From: Squalus acanthias
Taxonomy: Eukaryota
DNA: 64,000 nucleotides
Assembly: GCA_030390025.1 (NCBI GenBank)
Contig: CM059443.1
Coordinates: 6,324,001-6,388,000 of the forward strand
Direction: 5' to 3'
A model generated the notes under the pieces. That model was not told the origin of the DNA and ran no database searches. It saw nothing but the letters and a program-made list of their open reading frames with translations. Below, piece by piece: positions 1 through 12,856 of the stretch; within the stretch, counting starts at the first letter, position 1, and every line of letters begins with the position of its first letter. The translations under genes were made by a program, and so were the position numbers.

Positions 1-2339
1 GCAACGTGGGAAGAACAGTACTATTCTTTTCATCTTAACGCATCACTGCTTCTCATGGCAACCATCCCTCAAGAGTATGTAGTCTAGCCTTTTCACTATG
101 TTAACTATGCATAAATTTGGACCAATTTTGATGGTCTTTCCTCCATGTTATAGTCTCTCTTCAGCTCCAAATAGAACTACCTCCTTCAGTTGGGCAGTTT
201 CGGATGACATCATCTGGACTGCCAGGCCAACAGGGTCGGAGTGCTATTCCAGTACAATTTCTATTGACACTGTTGATTTTTTAAATAATTCTTCTGGTGA
301 TCTACCCATAATAGTCCTGCTCATCTACCCTCCTAACAGGGAGCGCTGTCTGCCATTAACTAATTAAATAAGGAAGATCAACATCCAGGGATCGCATAGT
401 TGCTCCAATCATCTATCACTGTGGAACCAGTGCCTTCCTCCTAAGAATGATGTCATCAAAAATGGACTGGTTGGTTGGCATCACCGTTGACAACTGAACA
501 GGTAACTGGACGAGTGCCATTTGGTTCCACTTGCGAAAGAAATAAAGTCTTTCCTTCTGACTCAGAGACATGGAACTGCCAGTACAAATATACTGTGGTA
601 TCGATATACCAGTTATTTGCTACATCTGTGCTGGATGGGATCATTCCTTAAACACCCTTAAGGGTTTTCACCCAATCTGATAGTGAGCCCTTGTTGAAAA
701 AAACAATCTTGCCGAACACGTGGCTTCATTTATCGATCAAATGCCATTTTGTGGCAATAAAGTTTTTTTTCTCCTAAATTTTGTGTCTGCCGGAGTGAAT
801 GGCAGGTTTGGGGAGACTTGAGTCAATGGTTTTGGCTGCCTGATTTCATTTATTCTCAACTCATTGAAAGAGGATACACAGTTCCGATTTAAAAAAAAAG
901 CTCTTCATGAGTCTTGCTAATATTCCCAATAGAGCTTTCTTTCCCTCTTTACCTTGGTGGAAAAAACTGACCCATTGACCCATAGCTCCCACCCTGTCCG
1001 CCCACAAAAAGTTCAGTTGTCCGTTGGCCGCTTAATAACAGCAAAGCGACAAGCAGTCGCGACCAAGATGGCGGCCTTATCCAACCCAGTCCAGTGCAAC
1101 TGTTGATGGAAAATGAAAACATCGGCCACCAAATCCATTGAATGGGGTGTAGCTGGCTGGGCAGCCACGGGAAAAGGCTGCAATTGAAGTGCGTCCATTG
1201 ATTGTCATCTGTGATGGATCAGAGGTGTCCAATTGGCTGGGAACAATAAAGATGAGAAACACTAATGAAATTTTTGTGGTGCAGGTATATCGACTGTACG
1301 AAGCCTTTTCAAGATATTACAAGGATCCATCAAATAGATGCATCTATCAGTTCACAGACACCATGCAGAAGGTAGAGAGATATATAAATATATATATGCA
1401 CATAGGAATATATAACTGGAGGATCGCTAGCATGCCCAGACGGATTGGGGAGGGACCCACTTCAATGCTGCGTTACTTCCAGCCGATGTGACAGAATGTG
1501 GTGGCTCACATTGTCACATCGCAGCAGTCCTGGCAGAAAAAGGAAAACAAATAATAATAATAAAAAAATAAAAAATAAAAACTATAAAAGAAATGTTGAC
1601 TACACCAACAGGTAGTGCATCTCCTTTGCTTGGAAGTGGATGCAGCCTCAAGACCTTACACAGTCGAACATGGATGCACATGGGACGAGACAGAGTTGCG
1701 GCATGGACAACATATGGGGGAGGGAAGGGTGGGGAGAAAAGGGACACTGGAGGTTCTCATGCAGACACAGGCAAGGGAATGGGTACAAAAGGACTTGCCA
1801 GTAGTGACAGCCAGAGAGAGATAGAGAGAGAGGGGGGGGAAGAGGGGGGTAACTGTTCAGGCACAGGTACTGCACGCACCAATATTAGGCCTGTGCCACA
1901 CTCACATCCCCGATCCACAAGTACAGGCCCACTTTAAGAAACGCACAGAATCATAAACATGGAGAGGTCCCACGCTTTCGCGTAAATTGCTCTCAGGTTT
2001 TTCTTTTTTTTTTGCACACTTAAATCATAATGGCATGCCACTTTACACCAGTTCCTAAATATTCACCCATAAAGTGCCACCAATATGGCATATTTTGGTT
2101 GTCCATGTTCCATCTACAACAGTCTCCAAAATCATGTCAAGTTTTTTATCCCCTCATCTCCCTGTGCTAACTCTGGCCACAATGAACATCTGTTGAATGC
2201 TATGAGGGTGGTACAGGGGCCCCTTTCAGTCTCCTTTCACGTCTCGAAGCCAGACTTTTCGTTTAGCATTGATCATGGTCTTCTATATAAAACGGCTGCT
2301 GAGTCCCAAGTGAAAGGGGCTTGAGCAGGCTCATCTGGT

Positions 2340-2700
2340 TATCAGAGGAATACTAGGCAGCAGACTGGCCTGCCAATGTGCATTGATAATAAATGACACC
2401 ATTTTTCTAAAAACCCATGGTCACCCATCAGTGATAAACTTGTCCACAATTGCCTCCACAGATGGATGACTATTTGGCTTTTATACCCTTCATGTAAATT
2501 GTTAATTATGGCCACCAGACTGTGATATTGGTCACATAACTTGAAAATTATTAATGAATCATTGTAATTGGGCAAGCTATCACCCCTAGCAACACAGAAC
2601 TGGATTCCCATGGGGGTTGAATTTTGACTGCTGTTCAAACGCAATGCACCTTAAGAGGAGACTTTTACCACCCCTGGCCAGGCTATTATTGTGCACTTCA
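2340..2700 (-). mobile_element. Highly decayed RTE-type LINE reverse-transcriptase remnant
   Basis: Minus-strand translation KLCDQYHSLVAIINNLHEGYKSQI resembles the RTE RT segment GCPxKFxxIIxxLHxGMxAxV. Confidence 0.35.
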
Positions 2701-4394
2701 GGACTGTTGAATGACTGATATCTTTGGCGGAGGGAGAAACCGAGCTGGGATAACTCTTCCCCGTGAAAACATTCCCTTGCCTTCTTTTGTTGGCCAGCTT
2801 GATCGAGATCCCACAGTCAGTCAGGTCATGAATGGAGGCACATGTAGGAGCAGGCCTACCAAGGGCCTGAAGTGAAGGGGGACAAGCTCCTAGTGGCCTC
2901 AGGTTATGTTATTAGTAGCACTGCTGTGAGCAAAGTCAGCGTGGGTCACTTCCAAATGATTTGCAGGAAGAGATATTGGAATGGCACTGTCAGGGTCATG
3001 GGAGATGGTCCCCATTCTCTCAACCATGGAATGAGTATGGCGCAAGACGAATGGGAAAAAGAGAAAGTAACTTTAAATAAAGGAGGAATCCTCGCACCAA
3101 ACAGAAAACAGTGCTCCTATGATCTAATTTTTCGATGTCTTTTGTTTGTATTTCGTAATTTTAGAAGTTAAAGCGAAGGGGCAATACCTCACGCCAAGGG
3201 CATGAGAAACATTGGGATACACCCGCAAAACAAACTTCAGATTTCTGTTTCTGAATTTTGGATTCTCGTTTCCCCAACGTCACGATCACTTTTATAATAC
3301 ACCCTCAGAGGTCCCCTGTAACTGGACTATACTGGAACGGGCAGAGTTGGTGCCGGGTCCTCAATTGATCAAAGCCGCCAAATTCAGATCCTCAAACCAT
3401 TTTGCTCCTTGGTCCTACCCATGGCTCCCTCGTTAAAGGGCAGTGCGAACCTCGTTTCTCTGACTATGGCACATACAGCGCCACATGAATAAAAAGAAAA
3501 GACAAGGTTCTCGTGACTCGCGAGCAACCAGGCTCATGTTTGCTGATGAGTTATAAAGTGGCATTGAGTGGGACAAGATTTCCGAATCTAACTGGTGAAA
3601 CGAAACCCCCGCCCGTCCCAATCATCCTCTTGCAGATACAACATGGACGTCAAAAAGTGGTTGGCTTATCAGCGGTGGACAGTGTGGTAAGCGGACAGTC
3701 CTACGACGGACACGCCACAGCAAAGCCACATGGTCCTCGCATCTTTCGTATTGGACTATTACCACCAGCAAGCACCGGATGGGAGAGGCTCCAGGAACTT
3801 ACACGTACAAGATACAGTTCGCAAAGAGACGCAGAGGTCGAATGTGAGATGCATACATTGAGTTACCATGGTGATTGAGGAGGGGGAGGGGGGGGGTACA
3901 GAACTGGCAGTAAATTAAAGAGAAGCACCATCAATCTGTTTGTGATTGAGACTACAGGGACATGTGGATCAAGGCTTGAGGGAAACAACTAACGAGCCCA
4001 AAGACTGAAAAGAACGTCAAAAATGGCAGAAGGGAGGGAAGACGGGTGAAGGAGCTGAAAGAGATACACTTGCAAAACATAGTAGAAACTCATCTACCTT
4101 AAAAAGGAACACTTCTGTAGAGGGCACTAAAGAGAACTAGAAGTGGTATATTTGTAGAACTTAATACAGCCAAAAAACACAAGCAATTTAAAAAATGAAT
4201 TTCTACAAATGAGTAGCGCATTTTAATGAGGCAATGGCAGTGCCAGAGAATATTTCAATCAATTTCCTTTCCCCCCGGCCTGGCCTAACAGGAAATAAAA
4301 TCAAGAAATAACTTAGGCAGGTTTTGTTGTTCAACTGTTTTTGTTAATATTTGTTCACATTTTTATGCACAGTATTTTATTTTAATTAATTCTG

Positions 4395-4752
4395 TGCATT
4401 TGTATGGGAGGGGGTGTGTGTGTCTATATCAATATGTGTATCTATATAAATGTGTGCGCTTGTGCAAGCGTCTGTGCCTAGAGGTGTGTGTGTTTGTAAA
4501 GATGTGTGCATAGATGTGTGTGGCAGTATATGTGTCCATATGTAGGTATATGTGTAGGTGTGCACCTGTTTAGGTTCCAGTGTCAGTATGTGCGTGTGTA
4601 GGTGTGCATCTGTGTAGGTCTGTGTGGCTATGTGCATATTGTGTGTACAGATGAGTGCCTGTGTAGGTTTGTGTGTCAGTGTAGATGTGTCTACGTGTAT
4701 ATTTATGTGTGCGCAGGTATGTGTCTGTGTTTGTGCCTGTGCAGGTGTGCGC
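4395..4752. repeat. Degenerate (TG)n low-complexity tract
   Basis: TG/TA dinucleotide-rich run; explains the HT- and CV-rich ORFs. Confidence 0.9.
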
Positions 4753-4846
4753 AGAGAGAATCCTGTTCCATTATTCATGTTCTTGTGTAATCTGAAGTTG
4801 ACGGATTGTTCGTGCTGGGGGAGAGGACAGAGTCAGGGTGAGATTA

Positions 4847-5150
4847 CACGGTGGCATAGTGGTTAGCACTGTTGCTTCACAGCGCCAGGGACCCGGGTTC
4901 TAATCCGGCCTCGGGTGACTGTTTGTGTGGAGTTTGCACATTCTCCCCGTGTCTGCGTGGGTTTCCTCCGGGTGCTCCGGTTTCCTCCCACAGTCCAAAG
5001 ATGTGCGGGTTAGGTTGATTTGGCTATGATAAATTGACCCTTAGTGTTAGGGGGATTAAATACGGGGATAGGGTGGGATATGTGTCGGTGCAGGCTCGAT
5101 GGGCCGAAATGGCCTCTATCTGCACTGTGGGGATTCTGTGATTCTGTGAT
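4847..5150 (+). mobile_element. HE1-like V-SINE (tRNA-derived), near full length
   Basis: A box tggcatagtgg and B box gggttctaatcc. V-domain gtgtggagtttgcacattctccccgtgtctgcgtgggtttcctccggg. CR1-type tail ending in (attctgtg)n. Flanked by GATTACAC at 4842-4849 and 5148-5155 (putative TSD). Confidence 0.85.
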
Positions 5151-6599
5151 TACACCAGGAAGGGGACAGTTATGATACAGCCAAAGGATACAGGGATAAA
5201 AGTGCTGATCAAGGAAGAGGTGGCTCCTGCTTTTGTGGTCAGGTTTTTAACAAATTGTTGTGCTCAGTTCTTTTAGGCAGATGTACTAAAACCTTTAAAG
5301 CAGAAAGGTCCCCCCTCTAATGACCTTTAGTTTACAAAAGCATTTAGCACAACATATTGCCCAGGCCCATAAAAGTCTTCGGGTAACAGCAGATCTCAGG
5401 TTCTTTAAAAGCAAAATCAATGAGATACTGCTGCGAATCTTCATTCAATGGGATCACCTTTGCCACCCCTGACACACAGGTCACAGCACTTCACACACGT
5501 TCGTGTGTTTGTTATGGAGACAACAGGAGTCCCTCTGTCTTTGGCTGGACCAGCCATATTCTGTAGAACTAAGGACCAAGTAACAGCTGGATATCACATC
5601 TCCATCTCAAGCAATGTCAAACTCAAAGGCAACCAGAAGTGGAGAGTAGAAGACATGGTGTTCAAGCCGCAAATGGACAGACTCCATGCACAAAGTAAGA
5701 AGCATAGGATTAATGAGTTCTCAGAACAGCTTCAAAATAAATGTGGAGCACGTCAAAAATAATTTGCTTTAAGGGTTCATTTTCCATTTTACCAAATTTC
5801 TCCCATCACCCATGTGGGAACGTGGAGAATGGGGTGTGGATGAAGTGAACCTGTTCGATTGCTGAGGGCAACATACCAAATGTCCTCCTGTCCTCAGCCA
5901 ATGTCGATGCGAGTGTACTGTCCTGCAGAGCCTCAAGAAATGTTCTGCCCTGAATTTTCCCCCTCTTTAACCTGGGGCCTCTAAGGCCAAGTGTAGCATC
6001 CCTACTGCTGGCCCACCTTAATCAGCTCACTCAGCCCAGAACCGAGGGCCTACCTGCTCTGTCCGACTCACGACAACACTGAGCAGTGGACTGACTCACC
6101 AGGACAGCTGCTGTGAAGGCTACTCAGGTGTCCTCAGCCCTGCATCAGCTAGGTTGACGGATGTACCTCTTGATATGGGCAACTGAGTGACAGCACACAC
6201 CCACTGCACCATGTTGGCACGCAGTGTGGTGCAGACAAGTCATGTGGTGATGCAAACCACATTGCATGGGAGTGTGATCATGTCAGGGTGACAAAGAAGC
6301 TGCAGGAGTGAAGGGATGGGAATTGGTAAGGAGATTCTCCGCACATTGGTGCCACTCATTGTGCAAAGATCAGATTCTGCTGGAATCTATTCTGTGCAGT
6401 AATTCAGGTCCAAACCAGTCCTGGGACTCCTGGAAATGTGTGGAATGTTGGGTCCAAATCTTGATATATCCTAAGTGACATAGGAGGCCAGTTTACACTA
6501 CCATACTTTAGTTCAGATTCTAGGAGCTCAGCACCCTTGAACCAGCTCCCAACGTTTACACTGGTAAATTGCATTCCCTTATCCCGGCAGCAGAATCAC

Positions 6600-7251
6600 C
6601 GGTCCTGATATTGACAAGGGCGGGTTATGTAGGCGGAGTGGCGGAGTTCTGGACGGGAAACTGGGAAGTTCGGGTTTCCCCGGATGCTGTGGAGTTTTAA
6701 CTTCCCGTTGACATTTTCTTTGATTGACAGACTTGCCTTCCAGTCGGGCGGGGAGCACTCGGAGCAGGCCTGAGCCGCAGGTAAGGAACGTGCAGCTGCT
6801 AGTGGGAGCGTGGGGGGGCGCGGCGGGGTCCAATCGCTGACCCTGAGTGTCTTTCTATTGGGAGGAGGGGGATTTTCTGATGGGGGGGATTTCAGATCCC
6901 AGGGGGGGAAGCACTCCTGCTCCTCCTGACCCACAAGCAGTGCTGTAAAAGCACTTACCTTCTCCCCGAAGCTGTCCTCGCCTCCCTTGAGCTGCCGAGT
7001 TTCCAGAGGCCTGGGTAATCTGGCCAGCCAGGGTTAAACCTGCAAAGCAGGTTAAATGGGAGGCTTCCTGTCTCATTAAGGTATTTAAATTTGCCAACCC
7101 ACCTCCTGGGAGCGGGTTGCCTGCCCGCCCCCCCTCGTCCCGCCTACGTTAAAGCTGGAAGTGGGCGGGTTGGGGTCGGGTTTGAGATTTAAAAAATTTA
7201 ACATCTCACCCGACCCCAACCCACCTGTTTTTGGGGGTTAAAATTCACCCC
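6600..7251. mobile_element. GC-rich MITE-like element (probably Harbinger type)
   Basis: Abrupt GC/CpG-rich block with gcggg/cccgc subterminal motifs, ending in ttaaaattcacccc. Left end is unclear. Confidence 0.5.
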
Positions 7252-7969
7252 GTGGACCCAGAAACGTGCCTAGAGTTACTCTACAACAAATTGCACTTAT
7301 AGAGCAGGACTCCTTTTTGCTTCTCAATGACCCAATTTCAGACAAATCTAGAATGAAAGAACCAACTTCTCAAGCCTACAGGACACTGATCACATATCAC
7401 GAGCTGAATACAATGTTCAAAGGTCCCCAACTCAGATCAAAGCGAGGAAGGGGGAAGGGGAGGGAGAAAAGAGCCAGAGGGAAGTAGATTTGTCCTGGTT
7501 TTATCGGGCATTGTAGGGCTTATATTCAGTCAGACATGAAAAGCAGTCTAGCCAGAGATGCCACATGACCTCACCACTAACTCTTCCCGGGTTCATCCTA
7601 CGTCTTAATCTGCAGAATAATGCAAACAGTCTGGGTTTCACTCCAAAATGAGATTTGTCCTGGTTACACACAAGTCCACGTGTAATCTGGCTCCACTCCT
7701 GATACCGGCAGAGGTAAAATTAAATAAATGATTTCTAAGGAGCGAGGAAGGAAGTTTTCTTCCCATTTTGCATGACTAATATTTTTCAACAGAAATGTTT
7801 CATTGATTAGGGAGTGCAAGGTCAGCACGAGACAGCCTGACCAATGAGATGTTTGATGATCTCAGTATGAACCCCCCCATTAACCTTCAACCCTGTTCCC
7901 AACCAGGCACTTCTGATCATATAATTAAAGACCATCCACTGTAGTGCCTGTTGATGCCACTCCCACCTT

Positions 7970-8340
7970 TCTGGGTTCAAGCAGCACTTGAGTAAATAAT
8001 CTAGGCTGACACTTCAATGCAGGAGTGAGGGAGTGCTGCCTGTTCAGAGTTGCTGTCCTTCAGACTGAGGTCCCATCTGCCTGTTTGGGTGGATGTTAAA
8101 GATCCCATTGCACTATTTCGAAGAAGGGGAGGGAGTTCTCCCCAGGGCCCTGACCAATATTTCTCCCTCAACCAACACCAGCAAATTTAGACTAATTCAT
8201 CGCTGCTTGTGGGATCTCACTGGCTGCCTTATTTGCCGATATATCGATCACTGCACATGAAAGTAATCTGTCGTATGTGAAGAGCTTTGCGATGTTTTCG
8301 AGAGATGTGAGAAGATGCTCCATGAATGCAAGTCATTTTT
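7970..8340 (+). mobile_element. Deu-domain SINE, decayed copy
   Basis: Colinear with 62619-63075 (gagggagtgctg, ggtggatgttaaagatcccattgcactattt, ccaatatt). Confidence 0.7.
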
Positions 8341-11300
8341 CTGTCCAGGAGACAGGCTGTGTTATAGAGACACGCAAGGTCGATTCTCACTGTGAACAGC
8401 ATTATGGTAATAATTTGATCAGCCAGCGCTCATTATCATGTAACATCATATGTGATGATGCGTGGTTTATCCTAAGACTTGCTGTTATGACTTCTACATC
8501 CGATCCCTTTTAAAACAAAGTTACAGAAATAATTATGACAAGGCCCCAGGGAAGGGTTTAATGATTGGTTCAGAAACTTGAAGAACTTAAGGCAGTGAAA
8601 GAAAGACGCTGACTTCAGTTTCAGCTGTGTTTTGCGAGTGTTCATCTTTCAAAAGAAAAAAACGTAATTAATTTTGTTTTAAATTGGATGGGGAAGGGAA
8701 TAAAGAGTGCTCTAGACTATTCCTTTGAAAGCGTGGCAACACTGTTTGGATGATTCCGAGCCCTGATTCACAGAAGAATGTGACAGTGAGTACATTCAGG
8801 GAGGAACGGGTGGTGGCGGGGTAGTAGGGAGAAGAGGGAGGGACTTCATCACCAAATAACCTCCACAAGGCAAGCTACACTGCACCAGACAGCAAAGCAC
8901 CAATGAGCAAGAAGGCACAGATTATCTGCCATTTTGGCAAGAGCCATAATCTGTGCCAAAATGTTGAAAAGCCACAATAATTTGCATCTTCCAGTTCATT
9001 ACTACAATTAGATTACACCAACCCACTGAGAAGGGGGGCTCTGCTTTTATATATATGTATACATATAAAACTCCACTGGCCTGAGTTACAGGTGCTAAAA
9101 GGGAGAATGTAAATTAGAACCATGAACCAGCATTTCAAGCACTTCACAAACAAAGGCTCTTTTAAAATGGGGTTGGGCGAACCTCGCTCAAAGTGGCCTC
9201 AAACGGCAAAATCTGCCACCATGCTGAAGCACACAGCACAAGGAGACCAGAGATGCTCTGAAAGGGATTTCAGATCAAAGCTGAATGCTGACTCAGATTG
9301 ACTCTTGTCGGTAATTTCCAGATGGCAGTGGGATCTTCCACTATTATTGGACAGCCCAATACCAGCAGTCGGGGGATAGATGTGGAAGGTGTTGGGTAAG
9401 GTTAGCCTCTTAGTTTGTTTGGAAAGCCTCATTATTACAGGTTAAACAGACACAAAGACAGCCACTGTATTCCTTCTAGTGCGATGGCTAACTGGTTTGA
9501 ATTGGGGCATAGACTTCAGAAGGTGTAATCTAATCAATTGGAAGACAGAGAAGAGCAGCGCAGGATAGCAAGAGCAAAGACAGGCAGACATAGAGAGAGT
9601 TCAACATACCAGACAGGTCAGTGTTCCCACTGCACAAAGTGTGTTCTGATGCATGATGATAACCACCTGATACAGAGTCCTTTGGCGTTGATTTTCTGAC
9701 ATTCAGAAGTCTTGTTTACGCCACAAAAAATGACTTTCACACCCACTTAACACTCGCTTTGTAAACAGAAACCCCATTTATACCATGTGAGCAGCACTTG
9801 AATCTAATTCCAACTATGTCACACCATCATAAGACTCCTCTCTGGTGTCCTAACAGCCATGTCACATCATAAAGAACCTTAAAGGAATGGCATTATTCAA
9901 AAATGAAGCTGGAGATATAAATTTGTCTCTGATTACAACTATTTAACGGTAATCACCAGCTTCATTGCAATCGTGAGTGGCACCTTCACAATTCACTCCT
10001 GAAACTATCACTGGTAGATCACAGGGTGGCCTTTTTGCTTGTGGACTCAAACTGTTCCACTGTTCCTTGCTCGTGTACCCTCTATGCAATCAAGATCAAT
10101 CATCAGGCCTGTCCATTTACACAGATCAAATGGACAGTGCCACGCAATTCCGCGTTACTTTGTCTTGCCTCCCATCGGAGCTTTGGCTCCAGTTTTGCCC
10201 TCAGGGAGTTTGGTCGTCTGAGGTAGAAAAGAACAGGGTTGTGCTAAAACACCAGTGTGCCAGTGAGAGTCCATGTTGGCTGGATTATAGCTACTGGACT
10301 CTCTCTCGTTCCTCCGTCCCTCCAATTCTGTACAGATATGGTGTCGATTCCTTCAAGGTTTAAGGTGACTCCAAACTGTGATGGATTCTATTGTAAAAAC
10401 ATGACCAACTGTTGTCCAGGCAACAGGCTCATTGTGGGTCTACTCTTTAAAGCTGCAATATGTTGCCTCAAATCAGTCTTCTTTACCCATGACAGACTGC
10501 CACCAGTCAATCAGATCAAACAGCTACTGTCATTTTTTAAAAAACAAATGCATCTAATTAATGCACTAAAGAGCCATCTGTGTATTTTCCTTCCAAGTGA
10601 AGAATATGCAGGAAACTACAGGATGCAGCCAAGGTCAATTATCCGGCCTGTCCTCAATTTGGTGAAACCATTAATTCATTATTGTACATAGCATCTTAAT
10701 CTTAGAATTTAATTTTGTATTTCTTTATAGTATTTTAATGATGCAGGTTATTGTCCATCCTATGAGCCATGGCTGAATTCAATATGACACCATTAAATCA
10801 TCATCAAGGCCTGCCCAATCAAGCTGAACCAATCGCAATCAGATGTAAGAGACACCTTTGAACTGCCAGCTTTTGGTATAGAAGGTGGAAGATGGCGATG
10901 GAGATGTGTGATTGTGGGAGGTGGGGAAAGCGCAGGGGGAAAAGTCAGCTATTTCTGAATCTAACTGGATGGTTGGCAAAAGGTTATAATGGGCAACAGT
11001 GAGCTAAAAACTAGATGCACAGACCCATACCTTTCAAATTAAATAGTTCCATCAATTCTCCACATCACTGAGCCTGTGAACTCAGTCGTATTGTGGGCAG
11101 GTGGGCGAGGTGCTTCCTCATGGGGAAAGGGGAAAGAAATCAGATGGAAAACCACATGGTGAGCCACTCCCATGTGCAAAATGGCATAGGTGTAGGCCTG
11201 GGATCAGGTTGTCTACCCACCATCTCAGCCATAGGCTGCGCATGGCCTGCGAGATGAGAGGTGGGAAGAGAAGAGTTTGTATCCTCCCAAACATAAAGAT

Positions 11301-12359
11301 GGTTTTCTACTCCCCCGAGCTATGCTGCCTATCAGTGCATTCATTCAGCTGATCCCAGGCTCCCATTATAAATAACAGCAATGAGATATTAAATCTTAGC
11401 CTCCGCCTTCACCACAGACTTTCAACACATTCTGCCGAACTGGAAGTTTGGCTAACTCAAGGATCACCCTTAGAGGCAAGCAGACCATCCAACTGCTGAC
11501 TCAAGAAGTAATGCTAATGTGGGAATGAGTGTGAAGGTTGACTGTAAAGGGGACTTGGGACCAGAAATGCGAGACTGAACTTGAAAGCGATTACCACCAG
11601 TCCATATCAGCAGCTTGTTGTCAGTACTTCATGTGTCTCATTGAGACTTATCTTCACGAACCAAAGAGATTGGATTGTGTGGATTTACTCCAGTTTGATC
11701 CATCTTACACACAAGGTACAATATCAACACAACTGCAACATCTATATGTGGAGTACTGCAGTTAAGCTTCTGCAATCAGCATTAGTTCAGTTATTAACAG
11801 CAATAAGCAGAAGCCATAGCCATAAGTGGATTATCTCAATGTTCCTGGGTCCAGCATCAAGACCCAGATGCTGTATGCAGCCTGTAGCTGATTAGAGATG
11901 GTGACTGGGCACGTACCTGTCTGCACAGCTTGCTCACCTCCTCCCGAGACACTGATTGTTGCTGGGGCACAGATCTTTGGGTGCCTGCCGCCCTCTTTTC
12001 TACCTCACCCCAAGGGCCCATTTTTCATGTGTGAACCTAGCCACGTGACAACAGACAGCATCACAGCCAAGCTTGCTCCTGCCCTTACCTGACAACCACA
12101 TACACACTCCATCCAGGATTAATGAATGGCTGTCATGAGTAGGGGCCCATCGATGCATTATAATCCATGCTGAATCTGCTTAGTTCCACTGTCTGCTACA
12201 TTTGTGAGTCCAACCAATTACTCAGCAGCTGAAATGGGACTACTGATAAACTGGGAATATTGGTGGATTACAGAGATGCCAACCCCTCCTTTTCTCATGG
12301 CCAGTGTCAATAGCTGAAAACTGCAGTAAACTGTATACGGAATACGGACCTACAACCGA

Positions 12360-12856
12360 CATGTTCTTTCAATATTTAGGAAGGATGTCAAGACTATGAA
12401 GAATAGATATGCTAAAATGATACAGTACCAGGAATGACGGGCTTTAATTATGAAAGACTGGAGAAACTGGGGTTCTTCTCACTAGACCAGAGAAGGTTAA
12501 CAGGAGATCTGCTAGAGAATTTCAAAATGATGAGGGATTTTGATAAGATAAATAGTGAAAACCTATTTCCACTAGTTGATGCGTCAGCAACTAGGGGACA
12601 TAACTTTAAGATCATCACCAAAAGAATGAAAGGAGAGGCTAGAGTTTTTTTTTTAACACAGACAGTTATTAGGATGTGGTATGCTCTTATAGAAGCAGAA
12701 TCTGTAAGAGCTTTTAAAAGGGAAGTAGATAAATATCTGAAAAATAAAGATGTGGGGAAAGAACAGGTGAATAGGATTAATTGGACAGCTCTTTGAGAGA
12801 GCTGGCACAGGTGCAATGGGTTGAATTGCCTCCTTCTGTGCTGTAAAACTCTATGA
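12360..12856 (+). mobile_element. CR1 LINE 3' fragment
   Basis: ORF2 C-terminus YERLEKLGFFSLDQRRLTGDL...TRGH, followed by the tail gggttgaattgcctccttctgtgctgtaa. Confidence 0.85.

Noticed and set aside
456-644. Minus-strand 62-aa ORF with protein-like composition (MIPSSTDVANNWY...)
   Set aside because: No resemblance to the expected PTPRS Ig3 exon (VRRVAPRFS...), no convincing splice sites, and neighbouring frames are full of stops.
4847-4915. tRNA-like A/B boxes (also at 62625-62690)
   Set aside because: These are SINE heads running on into SINE bodies, not tRNA genes.
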